From IMG/VR virus record IMGVR_UViG_3300027769_000092, positions 1-32,656 of that record: 32,656 bases of DNA; one strand, given 5' to 3'. Source of the stretch: a virus (taxonomy: Duplodnaviria; Caudoviricetes). Under the pieces are notes generated by a model. The model made no database searches. It had not been told where the DNA came from and saw only the letters and a list, made by a program, of their open reading frames with translations. Made by a program: the position numbers and the translations under genes. The first letter of the stretch is position 1. Each line of letters starts with the position of its first letter. Shown here one piece after another: positions 1 to 7,478 of this stretch.

Positions 1-218
1 TGGCAGTAATAGCAATGCTATTGTTATCCTGCAAGAAAGAAGAAGAACAATGTAACTGTGGTACTATTGCTAATGACGGTATAGATAATGGATGCTACTG
101 GTTAGAGATCCGCAATGACTGTTCAGGTAATAAGAAGAAGTTCTGTTTTGATGAAGATGTATGGATGAATAACCATCCCGGTGATCATTTCTGTGTATCT
201 AATGTAGAACCTTGGTAA
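1..218 (+). CDS. Cys-rich lipoprotein, 5'-truncated
   Basis: Frame open from window start (AVIAMLLLS-C); lipobox LLSC followed by KKEEE; 6 further Cys. Confidence 0.7.
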   Translation, partial: AVIAMLLLSCKKEEEQCNCGTIANDGIDNGCYWLEIRNDCSGNKKKFCFDEDVWMNNHPGDHFCVSNVEPW

Positions 219-220
219 TT

Positions 221-430
221 ATGAAAAAGACAGCAGTAGAATGGTTAAAAGAACAAATAGAATGTTTTGGGAATAAACATGAGTTACAAATGTCTTGGGC
301 TACGTTAGATGAATTACTTGAACAAGCCAAAGAAATGGAGAAGGAGCAGATAGTAAATGCTTTTAATAATGGCGAAAATAAATCAGCAGAATTATATTAC
401 AACGAAACATACGGAGGTCAAGATGAATGA
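221..430 (+). CDS. Small phage protein ('KxTAVEWL' family)
   Basis: ATG at 221; MKKTAVEWL...QAKEMEKEQI...YYNETY pattern common in freshwater Bacteroidota phages. Confidence 0.75.
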   Translation: MKKTAVEWLKEQIECFGNKHELQMSWATLDELLEQAKEMEKEQIVNAFNNGENKSAELYYNETYGGQDE

Positions 431-572
431 ACTAATTAAAGAAGCTGCTGAAAGATTATATCCAGGAATAGATAGACAAGTAGACAGAATGTTATTCATA
501 GCAGGTGCTAAATCTGATGCAGCAAGAGATTATTGGTTTAAAATATTTAAAGAACAATTTAAAAATGAATGA
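423..572 (+). CDS. Hypothetical small protein
   Basis: ATG 423 (MNELIKEAAERLY), short overlaps with both neighbours. Confidence 0.6.
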   Translation: MNELIKEAAERLYPGIDRQVDRMLFIAGAKSDAARDYWFKIFKEQFKNE

Positions 573-825
573 GATTACCGTGTTTGTAGAACGTCTTAAG
601 AAGATAGGTATACAAATAGAACTTGCTAGTAATGTTCCTTGGATATATCTAGATAAAGTTAACGGTGTCCGGATTAAACCTGAAGACTGGTATAATGCTA
701 ATCATGGTTATTGTATAGCATACCACGGAGTAAAACTAGGTGAAGGACCCCATCTTAACTGGCATAGTATGGATGTTACCTTTAAACTAATCAGAAAGTA
801 TAAAAACTTAAATGATCATCTATGA
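565..825 (+). CDS. Hypothetical protein
   Basis: ATG 565 after A-rich leader; RLKKIGIQIELASNVPWIYLDKVNG. Confidence 0.7.
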   Translation: MNEITVFVERLKKIGIQIELASNVPWIYLDKVNGVRIKPEDWYNANHGYCIAYHGVKLGEGPHLNWHSMDVTFKLIRKYKNLNDHL

Positions 826-1031
826 CACCAAAAGAAAAAGCTGATGAATTGTATTGTAAATATGATTCATTATTTAAAGCACCTTTTAAAAAGCATCAAG
901 ATTTAAAACAATGTGCATTGATAGCAGTTGATGAAATCATTGAAGAAGTTGTTGAAAGTGCAGACAATGAGTTAAAATTTATGCGAGTTATTTACTGGGA
1001 AAAAGTAAAACAAGAAATTGAAAAGCTATGA
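822..1031 (+). CDS. Small phage protein ('MTPKEKAxEL' family)
   Basis: ATGA overlap; MTPKEKADEL...CALIAVDEI...YWEKVKQEIEKL. Confidence 0.75.
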   Translation: MTPKEKADELYCKYDSLFKAPFKKHQDLKQCALIAVDEIIEEVVESADNELKFMRVIYWEKVKQEIEKL

Positions 1032-1333
1032 AACCTGGTACTAGAGTAGTATGTGTAGATGATTCTATGAGACCTGAAGTTGCTGAATGGCAACCTAAGT
1101 ATTGTCCTAACTGGGTAAAACTAGATGCTAAGTACACTATTCGTGAGTTTGATGACAATGATGGTATTGTAGACGGTGTATTACTTGAAGAAGTAAGAAA
1201 CCCTATGGTTTATCTTACCAAATGGAATAGGTTTATAGAACCTAGGTTTGCTGCATGGAGATTCCGGGAGATGGAAGAGTCAGAATCCACAGAAGAAACT
1301 GTAGTATCAGAAGAAATAGAACTTGTTCTATAA
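1028..1333 (+). CDS. Hypothetical protein (SH3-like beta-barrel candidate)
   Basis: ATGA overlap; KPGTRVVCVD...FAAWRF; acidic tail. Confidence 0.7.
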   Translation: MKPGTRVVCVDDSMRPEVAEWQPKYCPNWVKLDAKYTIREFDDNDGIVDGVLLEEVRNPMVYLTKWNRFIEPRFAAWRFREMEESESTEETVVSEEIELVL

Positions 1334-1353
1334 CACATTAGTTTATATATTTG
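1323..1353 (+). promoter_or_regulatory. Bacteroidota primary-sigma promoter for groES and downstream region
   Basis: TTG (1323-1325), 20-nt spacer, TATATTTG (1346-1353); matches -33 TTG / -7 TAnnTTTG. Confidence 0.7.
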
Positions 1354-1370
1354 TAACAAAACCAATAATT

Positions 1371-1649
1371 ATGTTCAAAGAACTTCGCGGTAAACGCATT
1401 TTAGTAGAAAGACCTGAAAGACCAAAGTCTTTAATTGAATTAACTCCTGAAGCTGAAGAAGCAGCAGCAAGAGAATTTGTAAAAACATTAAACAAGTTAC
1501 CCGTTGCAGCAGTAGGTACTGATGTCACAGCTATTAAAGTTGGTGATTTAGTATACACTGGTATGGGTATTACCAACTGTGAAGTACTAGAGATAGAAGG
1601 TAAACTTTATTTCGTAGTACCTGAACAGATGGTAATTATTGTTTGGTAA
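1371..1649 (+). CDS. groES: GroES-like co-chaperonin
   Basis: 92 aa from ATG 1371; LRGKRILVE...VAAVGTDVTAIKVGDLVY...IEGKLYFVVPEQMVI is the Cpn10 pattern. Confidence 0.8.
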   Translation: MFKELRGKRILVERPERPKSLIELTPEAEEAAAREFVKTLNKLPVAAVGTDVTAIKVGDLVYTGMGITNCEVLEIEGKLYFVVPEQMVIIVW

Positions 1650-1655
1650 TAATCC

Positions 1656-1759
1656 GCAATACAGATAGACTGTTAGGTAGCTCTTAACATCCCTAGTTGA
1701 GGAATACTCTCCGTAAGGACGTCTAACCGGAGTGACGTATAGACTGGGTTCTGTATTGC
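1656..1759 (+). ncRNA. Candidate structured RNA 1 (multi-way junction)
   Basis: Perfect 10-bp closing stem GCAATACAGA (1656-1665) / TCTGTATTGC (1750-1759) enclosing several hairpins incl. TCC-GTAA-GGA; GC-richer than flanks; no ORF. Confidence 0.6.
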
Positions 1760-1764
1760 AAAAT

Positions 1765-1861
1765 TACTATTAGTAAACTTTAGTACCCATACCGCGAACG
1801 ACGGGCTAAGTAAGATACAATTTCGTACTGCGGGAAGTAGAATGCTAAAGAACTAATAGTA
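1765..1861 (+). ncRNA. Candidate structured RNA 2 (possible pseudoknot)
   Basis: Perfect 10-bp stem TACTATTAGT (1765-1774) / ACTAATAGTA (1852-1861); inner CTTTAGTA/TGCTAAAG; CCGCG-A-ACGA / TCGT-AC-TGCGG. Confidence 0.6.
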
Positions 1862-1864
1862 TAT

Positions 1865-1897
1865 AGTTAGGTCAAGTTGAGTCCTGTCCTGACGGCA
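1865..1897 (+). pseudogene. tRNA remnant or minihelix (acceptor stem plus T-arm-like part only)
   Basis: GTTAGG/CCTGAC stem enclosing CAAGTT-GAGTCCTGT, resembling CAGGTTCGAGTCCTGT; D and anticodon arms absent. Confidence 0.45.
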
Positions 1898-1908
1898 AAT
1901 AATTAAAC

Positions 1909-2265
1909 ATGAAGATTAAGTATTCAACAAGACTTGTAATTATATTCTCTAAGGTTGTTATTAAAATACCTGTGTGTAAAAAAGGTTTCTTGCAGGGATA
2001 TAATGAACAGAAAATATGGAATAAGTACAAAGATGTTGTTCCTTTAGCTGAGTTAAAATGGATGTTTCTAGGAATAGTTTGTCAAAAGAGATACAATACT
2101 ATTACTGAGATACCTCAAACAACAGTTCATAATATCAAAGGTATAATATCTGAGTTCAACTTTGAGAATTGTGATTTCCACAATCCAGAAAACTGGGGAA
2201 TACATAATGGTCAGTATGTATTATTAGATTACGGAAATAATCCGTACATAGCAAGTTTATATTAG
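1909..2265 (+). CDS. Minimal protein-kinase-like fold protein
   Basis: VVIK19, helix E33, D89FHNPEN95, LLD107YG in the order of VAIK / alphaC / catalytic loop / DFG. Confidence 0.6.
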   Translation: MKIKYSTRLVIIFSKVVIKIPVCKKGFLQGYNEQKIWNKYKDVVPLAELKWMFLGIVCQKRYNTITEIPQTTVHNIKGIISEFNFENCDFHNPENWGIHNGQYVLLDYGNNPYIASLY

Positions 2266-2273
2266 AATCAAAT

Positions 2274-3158
2274 ATGAGTACAGAAAAACTAATCAAGCAT
2301 GCTTCTTTACAAAGCATGGAGATTAAACCTTCTGGACGTAGTACTGATTATATTACCCCGAGTTTTGCATTTGGGTGTGGATATAACTGTAGTTACTGTT
2401 ATTGTAAGAGACACGTAACAGAAGGTGTAGTATTTTATAAAAATGTAAATGACATTCTCACAGCTATAGACCATCATGCATGGTTTGCTACTGATGAGAA
2501 ACCTAATCAAACAGATAGTACGTTTATTACGTATGATATTGGTTGTAATGTAGATATAGGACTGCATGCTAGACAGTTACCTTTAGTAGAAATCTTTGAC
2601 TTCTTTAAGAAACATGACCGTGCTAAAGCATCTTTTGCTACTAAACATCTGATGCCTGATCTATTCAACAAACAACTAGGTTTACTTAATGATAAAGTTA
2701 GACTTCGTGTTAGTTTGATGCCCCAGAAGTATGCTGATGTACTAGAACCTAATACTCCTAGTATAATAGAAAGACTTAATCAGATTACTATGTTACTTAT
2801 AGATGGTTACGAAGTACATCTAAACTTCAGTCCTGTTATAGTAACTGATGGTTGGTTAGAAGAATACCGGGATTTGTTTATGTTAATAGATGAGATAATT
2901 TCTCCAGCTGCAAAAAAACAGATGAAGTGTGAGGTTATCTTTCTTACACATAATGAGAAGAAGCATCTATTTAATGTAGAGAATAATCTTCCCGGTGAGG
3001 ACCTGCTATGGGTTCCTGAGTTACAAGAAACTAAGATATCACAGTATGGTGGTGAGAATATCCGGTATAAACGTGAACTAAAAGCACAGTATATACATGA
3101 GTTCAAGTCACTACACAGTGTATTAATTCCTTGGTGTACAATACGTTATATATTTTAA
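2274..3158 (+). CDS. splB: Spore photoproduct lyase-like radical SAM enzyme
   Basis: GCGYNCSYCY (CxxxCxxC), YDIGCNVD, SFATK, RLRVSLMP, LEPNT, HLNFSPVI, CEVIFLTH. Confidence 0.85.
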   Translation: MSTEKLIKHASLQSMEIKPSGRSTDYITPSFAFGCGYNCSYCYCKRHVTEGVVFYKNVNDILTAIDHHAWFATDEKPNQTDSTFITYDIGCNVDIGLHARQLPLVEIFDFFKKHDRAKASFATKHLMPDLFNKQLGLLNDKVRLRVSLMPQKYADVLEPNTPSIIERLNQITMLLIDGYEVHLNFSPVIVTDGWLEEYRDLFMLIDEIISPAAKKQMKCEVIFLTHNEKKHLFNVENNLPGEDLLWVPELQETKISQYGGENIRYKRELKAQYIHEFKSLHSVLIPWCTIRYIF

Positions 3159-3169
3159 AATTAAAAACT

Positions 3170-3382
3170 ATGGCTGATATAAGTAAATGTAAAGGGACTA
3201 ATTGTCCTGTAGCAACAAAGTGTTATAGATACACTGCTAAAGATGGTATGATGCAATCATACTTTTTAGATGTACCTGGTAAAACAGAAGATGGTAAATT
3301 CACCTGTGAGTATTTCTGGGGTGAGAAAATTAATGGTGTATGGCAAGAACTAAAAGACATATTAAACGAAAAAGAAAAATGA
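3170..3382 (+). CDS. Small Cys-rich putative metal-binding protein
   Basis: ATG 3170; DISKC-x4-C-x5-CYRY...CEYFW. Confidence 0.7.
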   Translation: MADISKCKGTNCPVATKCYRYTAKDGMMQSYFLDVPGKTEDGKFTCEYFWGEKINGVWQELKDILNEKEK

Positions 3383-3684
3383 GAAACTATTATGTAATTG
3401 ATTCTCTACAACAAGATGTAGAGTATATTATCACAGAAGCTGATACAGACAACGGAACATTATACCAACTATGGAGAAGTATGGGTTCTACATGGTCTGA
3501 AGATGCTAAAGGTGAACTACTAGTCAGTATTGAGAACGACGGTAACGGATATAAGTTTAAGTTCAAACCTCGTGAAAAGAAACGTATAGACTATGATGAG
3601 ATTGAATGGTTATATCTTTTAATCAATCATGTACGTAAGGAAGATCCATCAATGACTGTTTATAATGTTTGTCAATATGCATGA
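3379..3684 (+). CDS. Hypothetical protein
   Basis: ATGA overlap at 3379; WSEDAKGE...ENDGNG. Confidence 0.7.
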   Translation: MRNYYVIDSLQQDVEYIITEADTDNGTLYQLWRSMGSTWSEDAKGELLVSIENDGNGYKFKFKPREKKRIDYDEIEWLYLLINHVRKEDPSMTVYNVCQYA

Positions 3685-4051
3685 TGAAAATACACTACTA
3701 ATCAGCCGTAGGTCTGATTTAGATAAAATACTAGATGCCCATAATGCTATTACTAGAATTAAAGGTAAGGAGTATGCCCCAACAGCTGCTGAAATTCAAG
3801 AGTGGCTTGATAAAAACAATAAAAGTACTATGGAACAATACTCACGTACGGCTATATTTGATAAGTTAAAAAACTATTGTCATCTATCTGAAGATCATGA
3901 CTACATTGAAATATGCGAGTGGCATAATGGAGAAGGGTTTGATGTTGAAATAGATGGTAACCCTGGTGCTAAATTTCAGTTAACATGGGGTCAGTTAGAT
4001 GCTCTTAATACATTGATAAAAAAACTAAATAAAAATGATGGTGAAGACTAA
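3677..4051 (+). CDS. Hypothetical protein (possible second start at 3830)
   Basis: Open frame; C-terminal half DYIEICEWHNGEGFDV follows an A-rich leader and ATG at 3830. Confidence 0.65.
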   Translation: MHDENTLLISRRSDLDKILDAHNAITRIKGKEYAPTAAEIQEWLDKNNKSTMEQYSRTAIFDKLKNYCHLSEDHDYIEICEWHNGEGFDVEIDGNPGAKFQLTWGQLDALNTLIKKLNKNDGED

Positions 4052-4069
4052 CATTAAAACTCTTAAGTT

Positions 4070-4345
4070 ATGAAAATTGTAGACTCTATGTGGTTTGATA
4101 AGATTGGTATTGTAAAAATAGACAATGGTTATGAAACCAAATGGTACATCGGTGTAGGACAAGGACATAATAAAGAATTAGACGAGAAGAGAATAATGCA
4201 TATGGGAAATCCCGTAATACCTAAAACTCTAGAAAGATTCTTTACTCCTGTAAAAGTCCAAGAAAAACTAGATGAGTTAGAAGCCTTAAAACAAGAACAT
4301 CTTAGAATATTAGAAGAACGTAATAAAAATAATCAACAGACATGA
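4070..4345 (+). CDS. Hypothetical protein
   Basis: WF..IGIV...KWYIGVGQG...DE..I...G pattern, coiled-coil tail. Confidence 0.7.
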   Translation: MKIVDSMWFDKIGIVKIDNGYETKWYIGVGQGHNKELDEKRIMHMGNPVIPKTLERFFTPVKVQEKLDELEALKQEHLRILEERNKNNQQT

Positions 4346-4590
4346 TACTAGCATTTGTTTTAGTTACTTTAGCTCTTAGTATAGTAATACTATGGTTGTG
4401 TGTAAAAGTTGTAATGAAGTCTGCAGAAATTGACATGGTTAAAGAGCATGTCTGTTATGATAAGAAAGATTTACAGAATGCATGGAACGGTGGCTATGTA
4501 GAAGGTGTTAATAGTGAATTCGGACATGAAACAAAAAACTTTCATGAATGGTATCAAATGCATAAATTTACAAAGAAGTATGGAAAATAA
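4342..4590 (+). CDS. Membrane-anchored hypothetical protein
   Basis: N-terminal hydrophobic helix; ATGA overlap. Confidence 0.65.
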   Translation: MILAFVLVTLALSIVILWLCVKVVMKSAEIDMVKEHVCYDKKDLQNAWNGGYVEGVNSEFGHETKNFHEWYQMHKFTKKYGK

Positions 4591-4783
4591 CGGATTCTCA
4601 TTTAGCGCAGTAGTATTTATTGTACTACTAACTTTAAAATTATCAGCTGTAATAGACTGGTCATGGTGGTTAATAACATTACCCTTGTGGTGGATATTTC
4701 CTTTCATAATCATTGTTATTATATTTGCCCTGATACTATTATTATTTGAAAAACTTGGAGATACAATAAGAGAAGAAGACTAA
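4580..4783 (+). CDS. Small phage membrane protein
   Basis: ATG 4580; LTLKLSAVIDWSWWLITLPLW motif of a widespread phage membrane family. Confidence 0.7.
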   Translation: MENNGFSFSAVVFIVLLTLKLSAVIDWSWWLITLPLWWIFPFIIIVIIFALILLLFEKLGDTIREED

Positions 4784-4784
4784 T

Positions 4785-5108
4785 ATGACTGATGAAGAAA
4801 AACTAAGAGTAGTGCATCTAATGATGCATCTAGAAGTATGCATACATGCGTGTGATAATACCGAAAGTATTAAATGGTTTAACAGACACAAGACTAAGAT
4901 GACTATGAAGAGTTTCATAGATACTGTTCTTAAAGAACACGGTCATTTGTTTAAAGCATTCTGGGATACTCCTGGTTTAGATATGACTGATTTTGTCAGA
5001 ACTATTAGTGAATTTGGTAATGAGGTAAGTACTATTCCTTTGATGGACTTACCTGAGATAACAGCAATAATCAAAGAATATAAACAAAATAAATACAGTA
5101 AAAAATGA
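4785..5108 (+). CDS. Hypothetical protein
   Basis: 107-aa ORF packed tightly between neighbours. Confidence 0.7.
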   Translation: MTDEEKLRVVHLMMHLEVCIHACDNTESIKWFNRHKTKMTMKSFIDTVLKEHGHLFKAFWDTPGLDMTDFVRTISEFGNEVSTIPLMDLPEITAIIKEYKQNKYSKK

Positions 5109-5383
5109 TTACACCAGTTTTGGTAGTTGCAACTATCTGTGCAACAGGAGCAGCCTTTTTATTCAGAGCAAAGTATAATAAGTCTAAAGAAGAATTTGAT
5201 GACTTAGAAACTACTTACAGTAGAATAGTAAATAAATATGCAGATAGTTTAGTAGAGAACCATAGTTTAAAAGCAGAGTTAGCTAAACTTAAGAGAAAAC
5301 CAAGAAAAGATAAAGGTCAACCTAGAGATACATATAATGGCAAACCTGTTACCCGTAAGCGTAAAGTTCAAGAAGGAAAATAA
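5105..5383 (+). CDS. Membrane-anchored coiled-coil protein with basic tail
   Basis: N-terminal TM, heptad region, KRKPRKDKGQPR. Confidence 0.65.
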   Translation: MITPVLVVATICATGAAFLFRAKYNKSKEEFDDLETTYSRIVNKYADSLVENHSLKAELAKLKRKPRKDKGQPRDTYNGKPVTRKRKVQEGK

Positions 5384-5714
5384 GGAACTAATTGTTGCTG
5401 ATAAGATTAGTCAAGTTAAGTTAGACATGTTTGTTAAACAACTTGAAGAAGGTCAGAAACTAGTAGTTACTTATGAAGTTGTAAATGATGATGCATCTTA
5501 TGCACAGTTAAGTAAACTGCATAAGTGTATTAGGGAGTTAGCAGAATACTCTGGGATGTCTATGGATGACATGAAACTATATGTAAAGAATGAAACTGGC
5601 CTTGTTAAAGGTGACAGTGCTGTATCTTTTGCAGATTGTAGTAAGGAAGAATTAAGCAGTGCTATACAGACCTGCATAAACATTGGTGATAAGATAGGAT
5701 TCCCTCTTTATTGA
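5337..5714 (+). CDS. NinB/Orf-like recombination accessory protein
   Basis: SYAQLSKLHKCIRELAEYSG...MKLYVK...SFADCSKEELS fits the NinB-like pattern. Confidence 0.55.
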   Translation: MANLLPVSVKFKKENKELIVADKISQVKLDMFVKQLEEGQKLVVTYEVVNDDASYAQLSKLHKCIRELAEYSGMSMDDMKLYVKNETGLVKGDSAVSFADCSKEELSSAIQTCINIGDKIGFPLY

Positions 5715-6028
5715 GGGGTCTTATCATCACCTAGTTTATCTAGATCAACAGTTACTTTTTCTACATGACCTTGTTCTTTTGCAGCCTCTTCAAGGAGTAG
5801 CATTAGGGATAAGAATGTACGGAAATGATACGTATGCTGATCTTTATCATCCTTCCCCTGTTGTATATTTGTAAGAATTTCTTTCAGATGATCCTTGTCT
5901 CTTAAAGGAAAGAACTCAAAAAGAAACTGATTAATACGGTAGTAAAAGTCAACAGGGATATTAGCATTGATAACTACTCCCTTCTTCATGATTTCAACTT
6001 CCTTAGTATTTGGTTTAGATTCAGACAT
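5708..6028 (-). CDS. Hypothetical protein, lone opposite-strand gene
   Basis: 106-aa ORF fills the gap between + genes exactly and has its own consensus promoter. Confidence 0.75.
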   Translation of the reverse strand: MSESKPNTKEVEIMKKGVVINANIPVDFYYRINQFLFEFFPLRDKDHLKEILTNIQQGKDDKDQHTYHFRTFLSLMLLLEEAAKEQGHVEKVTVDLDKLGDDKTPQ

Positions 6029-6044
6029 GTAAATTAATTTTATA

Positions 6045-6075
6045 CAAACTTATGTTAGAAACAGTAAACTTACAA
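6045..6075 (-). promoter_or_regulatory. Bacteroidota primary-sigma promoter for the 5708-6028 gene
   Basis: Minus strand TTG (6075-6073), 20-nt spacer, TAAGTTTG (6052-6045). Confidence 0.65.
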
Positions 6076-6762
6076 GAAGTAAAGGATAAACTTTACGAAA
6101 AAATGAAAGCCTCTGGATGGGGTCAGTATCTTAGAACATTCATGACAAGTTCTGATATGGAAAAGATATTAGAAAGATTATTACATGAGGCAAAGGATAA
6201 CAAAAGATTTACTCCTACTATTAAAGATATCTTTAGAGCATTCCATGAATGTCCTTTTGATAAAGTTAATGTAGTATTTATTGGACAAGATCCTTATCCT
6301 CAGATGGGTGTTGCAGATGGTTTAGCATTTAGTTGTAGTTACCGTAAAAAGGTTGAACTTTCTTTAAAGTACATGAATGATTCTATTAAAGAAACATATG
6401 ATCCTAATTATGATACAGATAAGAATGATCTATTACCATGGACAAAACAAGGTGTATTACTATTAAATAGTGCATTTACTACAACCATTGGTAAACCGGG
6501 GACACATCAGTTATTATGGCGTCCGTTTCTGGTTTCAGTTATAGATGCACTAATCTGGAATAATCCTAATCTTATATATGTATTTATTGGTAAACAAGCA
6601 CAGCAGTATGCTGATCTTATACCAGACAGTAACTACAAGATTATGGTATCACATCCGGCTAGTGTTGCATACAGTAGTTTGGCTAAATGGGATTGTGAAA
6701 ACTTATGGAGTAGAGTAAACGAGTATTTAGAAAAACAAAATAAACCAAAGATCATATGGTAA
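6052..6762 (+). CDS. ung: Uracil-DNA glycosylase, family 1
   Basis: IFRAF, GQDPY, ADGLAFS, QGVLLLN, SHPAS motifs. Confidence 0.9.
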   Translation: MLETVNLQEVKDKLYEKMKASGWGQYLRTFMTSSDMEKILERLLHEAKDNKRFTPTIKDIFRAFHECPFDKVNVVFIGQDPYPQMGVADGLAFSCSYRKKVELSLKYMNDSIKETYDPNYDTDKNDLLPWTKQGVLLLNSAFTTTIGKPGTHQLLWRPFLVSVIDALIWNNPNLIYVFIGKQAQQYADLIPDSNYKIMVSHPASVAYSSLAKWDCENLWSRVNEYLEKQNKPKIIW

Positions 6763-7016
6763 ATATAGACACAAGAAACGTAAGAGTTACTACTAGACTT
6801 ACTAAGTATGGTGAAGTAGAATTCAAAGTAGTTACAACTAAAGGTACTTTTACTAACAAGTGTTTACATGATGCATTATCCGAAGCCGGTATCAAGATGA
6901 CAGGTATCGGTGGCATACTTGCAGCATACGAAAGTAAGTTAGACTTAAAAAGAGATTTTAAAATATCAAGAAATGAATTCAGAAGTACAAATAAAGGTGC
7001 AGGAGGCATTAGATAA
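6756..7016 (+). CDS. Hypothetical protein
   Basis: 86-aa ORF overlapping both neighbours on the coding strand. Confidence 0.55.
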   Translation: MVNIDTRNVRVTTRLTKYGEVEFKVVTTKGTFTNKCLHDALSEAGIKMTGIGGILAAYESKLDLKRDFKISRNEFRSTNKGAGGIR

Positions 7017-7464
7017 TGCAGTACTGATACTAAATCAACAACTAAATGGTGCGTTAAGAACATTTGCTAAAAATGTTGGTGTTGCAATAGAACAAAGTGA
7101 GATCATAAAAAAGGTAACATACCATGATGTATTCATTGACTTTAGAGTTTCACTAGAAGACCTTGTTGATGTTGCTCTTGAGATTAATCCTAAATCAATT
7201 AATCTTCATAAGAATAATAAAGATAAGGGTAAAGCAACTGTTAGACAAGTACTTGCATACATTGCAGGTAAGATGGGTTATACTGATGAAGCAATTGCAT
7301 CACGTGTCGGTTCTTCTCGTAGCACAATTACTCTTGCACGCAAACGTGTAGAAGAAGCATTGTTATTCAACGAGGTTCCTATGCGTAAGTTATATAACAC
7401 GTTCTTGGAGAAACTAAGAAAACATCCTAACTCTGAAATACTGGATTATGTTATTAATACTTAA
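6973..7464 (+). CDS. DnaA C-terminal (domain IV)-like HTH protein
   Basis: ATVRQVLAYIAGKMGYTDEAIASRVGSSRSTITLARKRVE resembles DnaA ARQIAMYL...IG...RDHTTVLHA..KI. Confidence 0.65.
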   Translation: MNSEVQIKVQEALDNAVLILNQQLNGALRTFAKNVGVAIEQSEIIKKVTYHDVFIDFRVSLEDLVDVALEINPKSINLHKNNKDKGKATVRQVLAYIAGKMGYTDEAIASRVGSSRSTITLARKRVEEALLFNEVPMRKLYNTFLEKLRKHPNSEILDYVINT

Positions 7465-7478
7465 ATTAGCAGAAACAT

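Noticed and set aside
1656-1861. Assignment of the RNA structures to hammerhead, HDV/theta, pistol, RNase P or group I intron classes
   Set aside because: Only short fragments resemble them (GGGCTAA, GAGGAA); full cores such as CTGATGA/GAAA are not present
3853-4727. Intragenic TATATTTG at 3853-3860 and 4720-4727
   Set aside because: No TTG at the 20-nt spacing seen for the accepted promoters; expected by chance in AT-rich DNA
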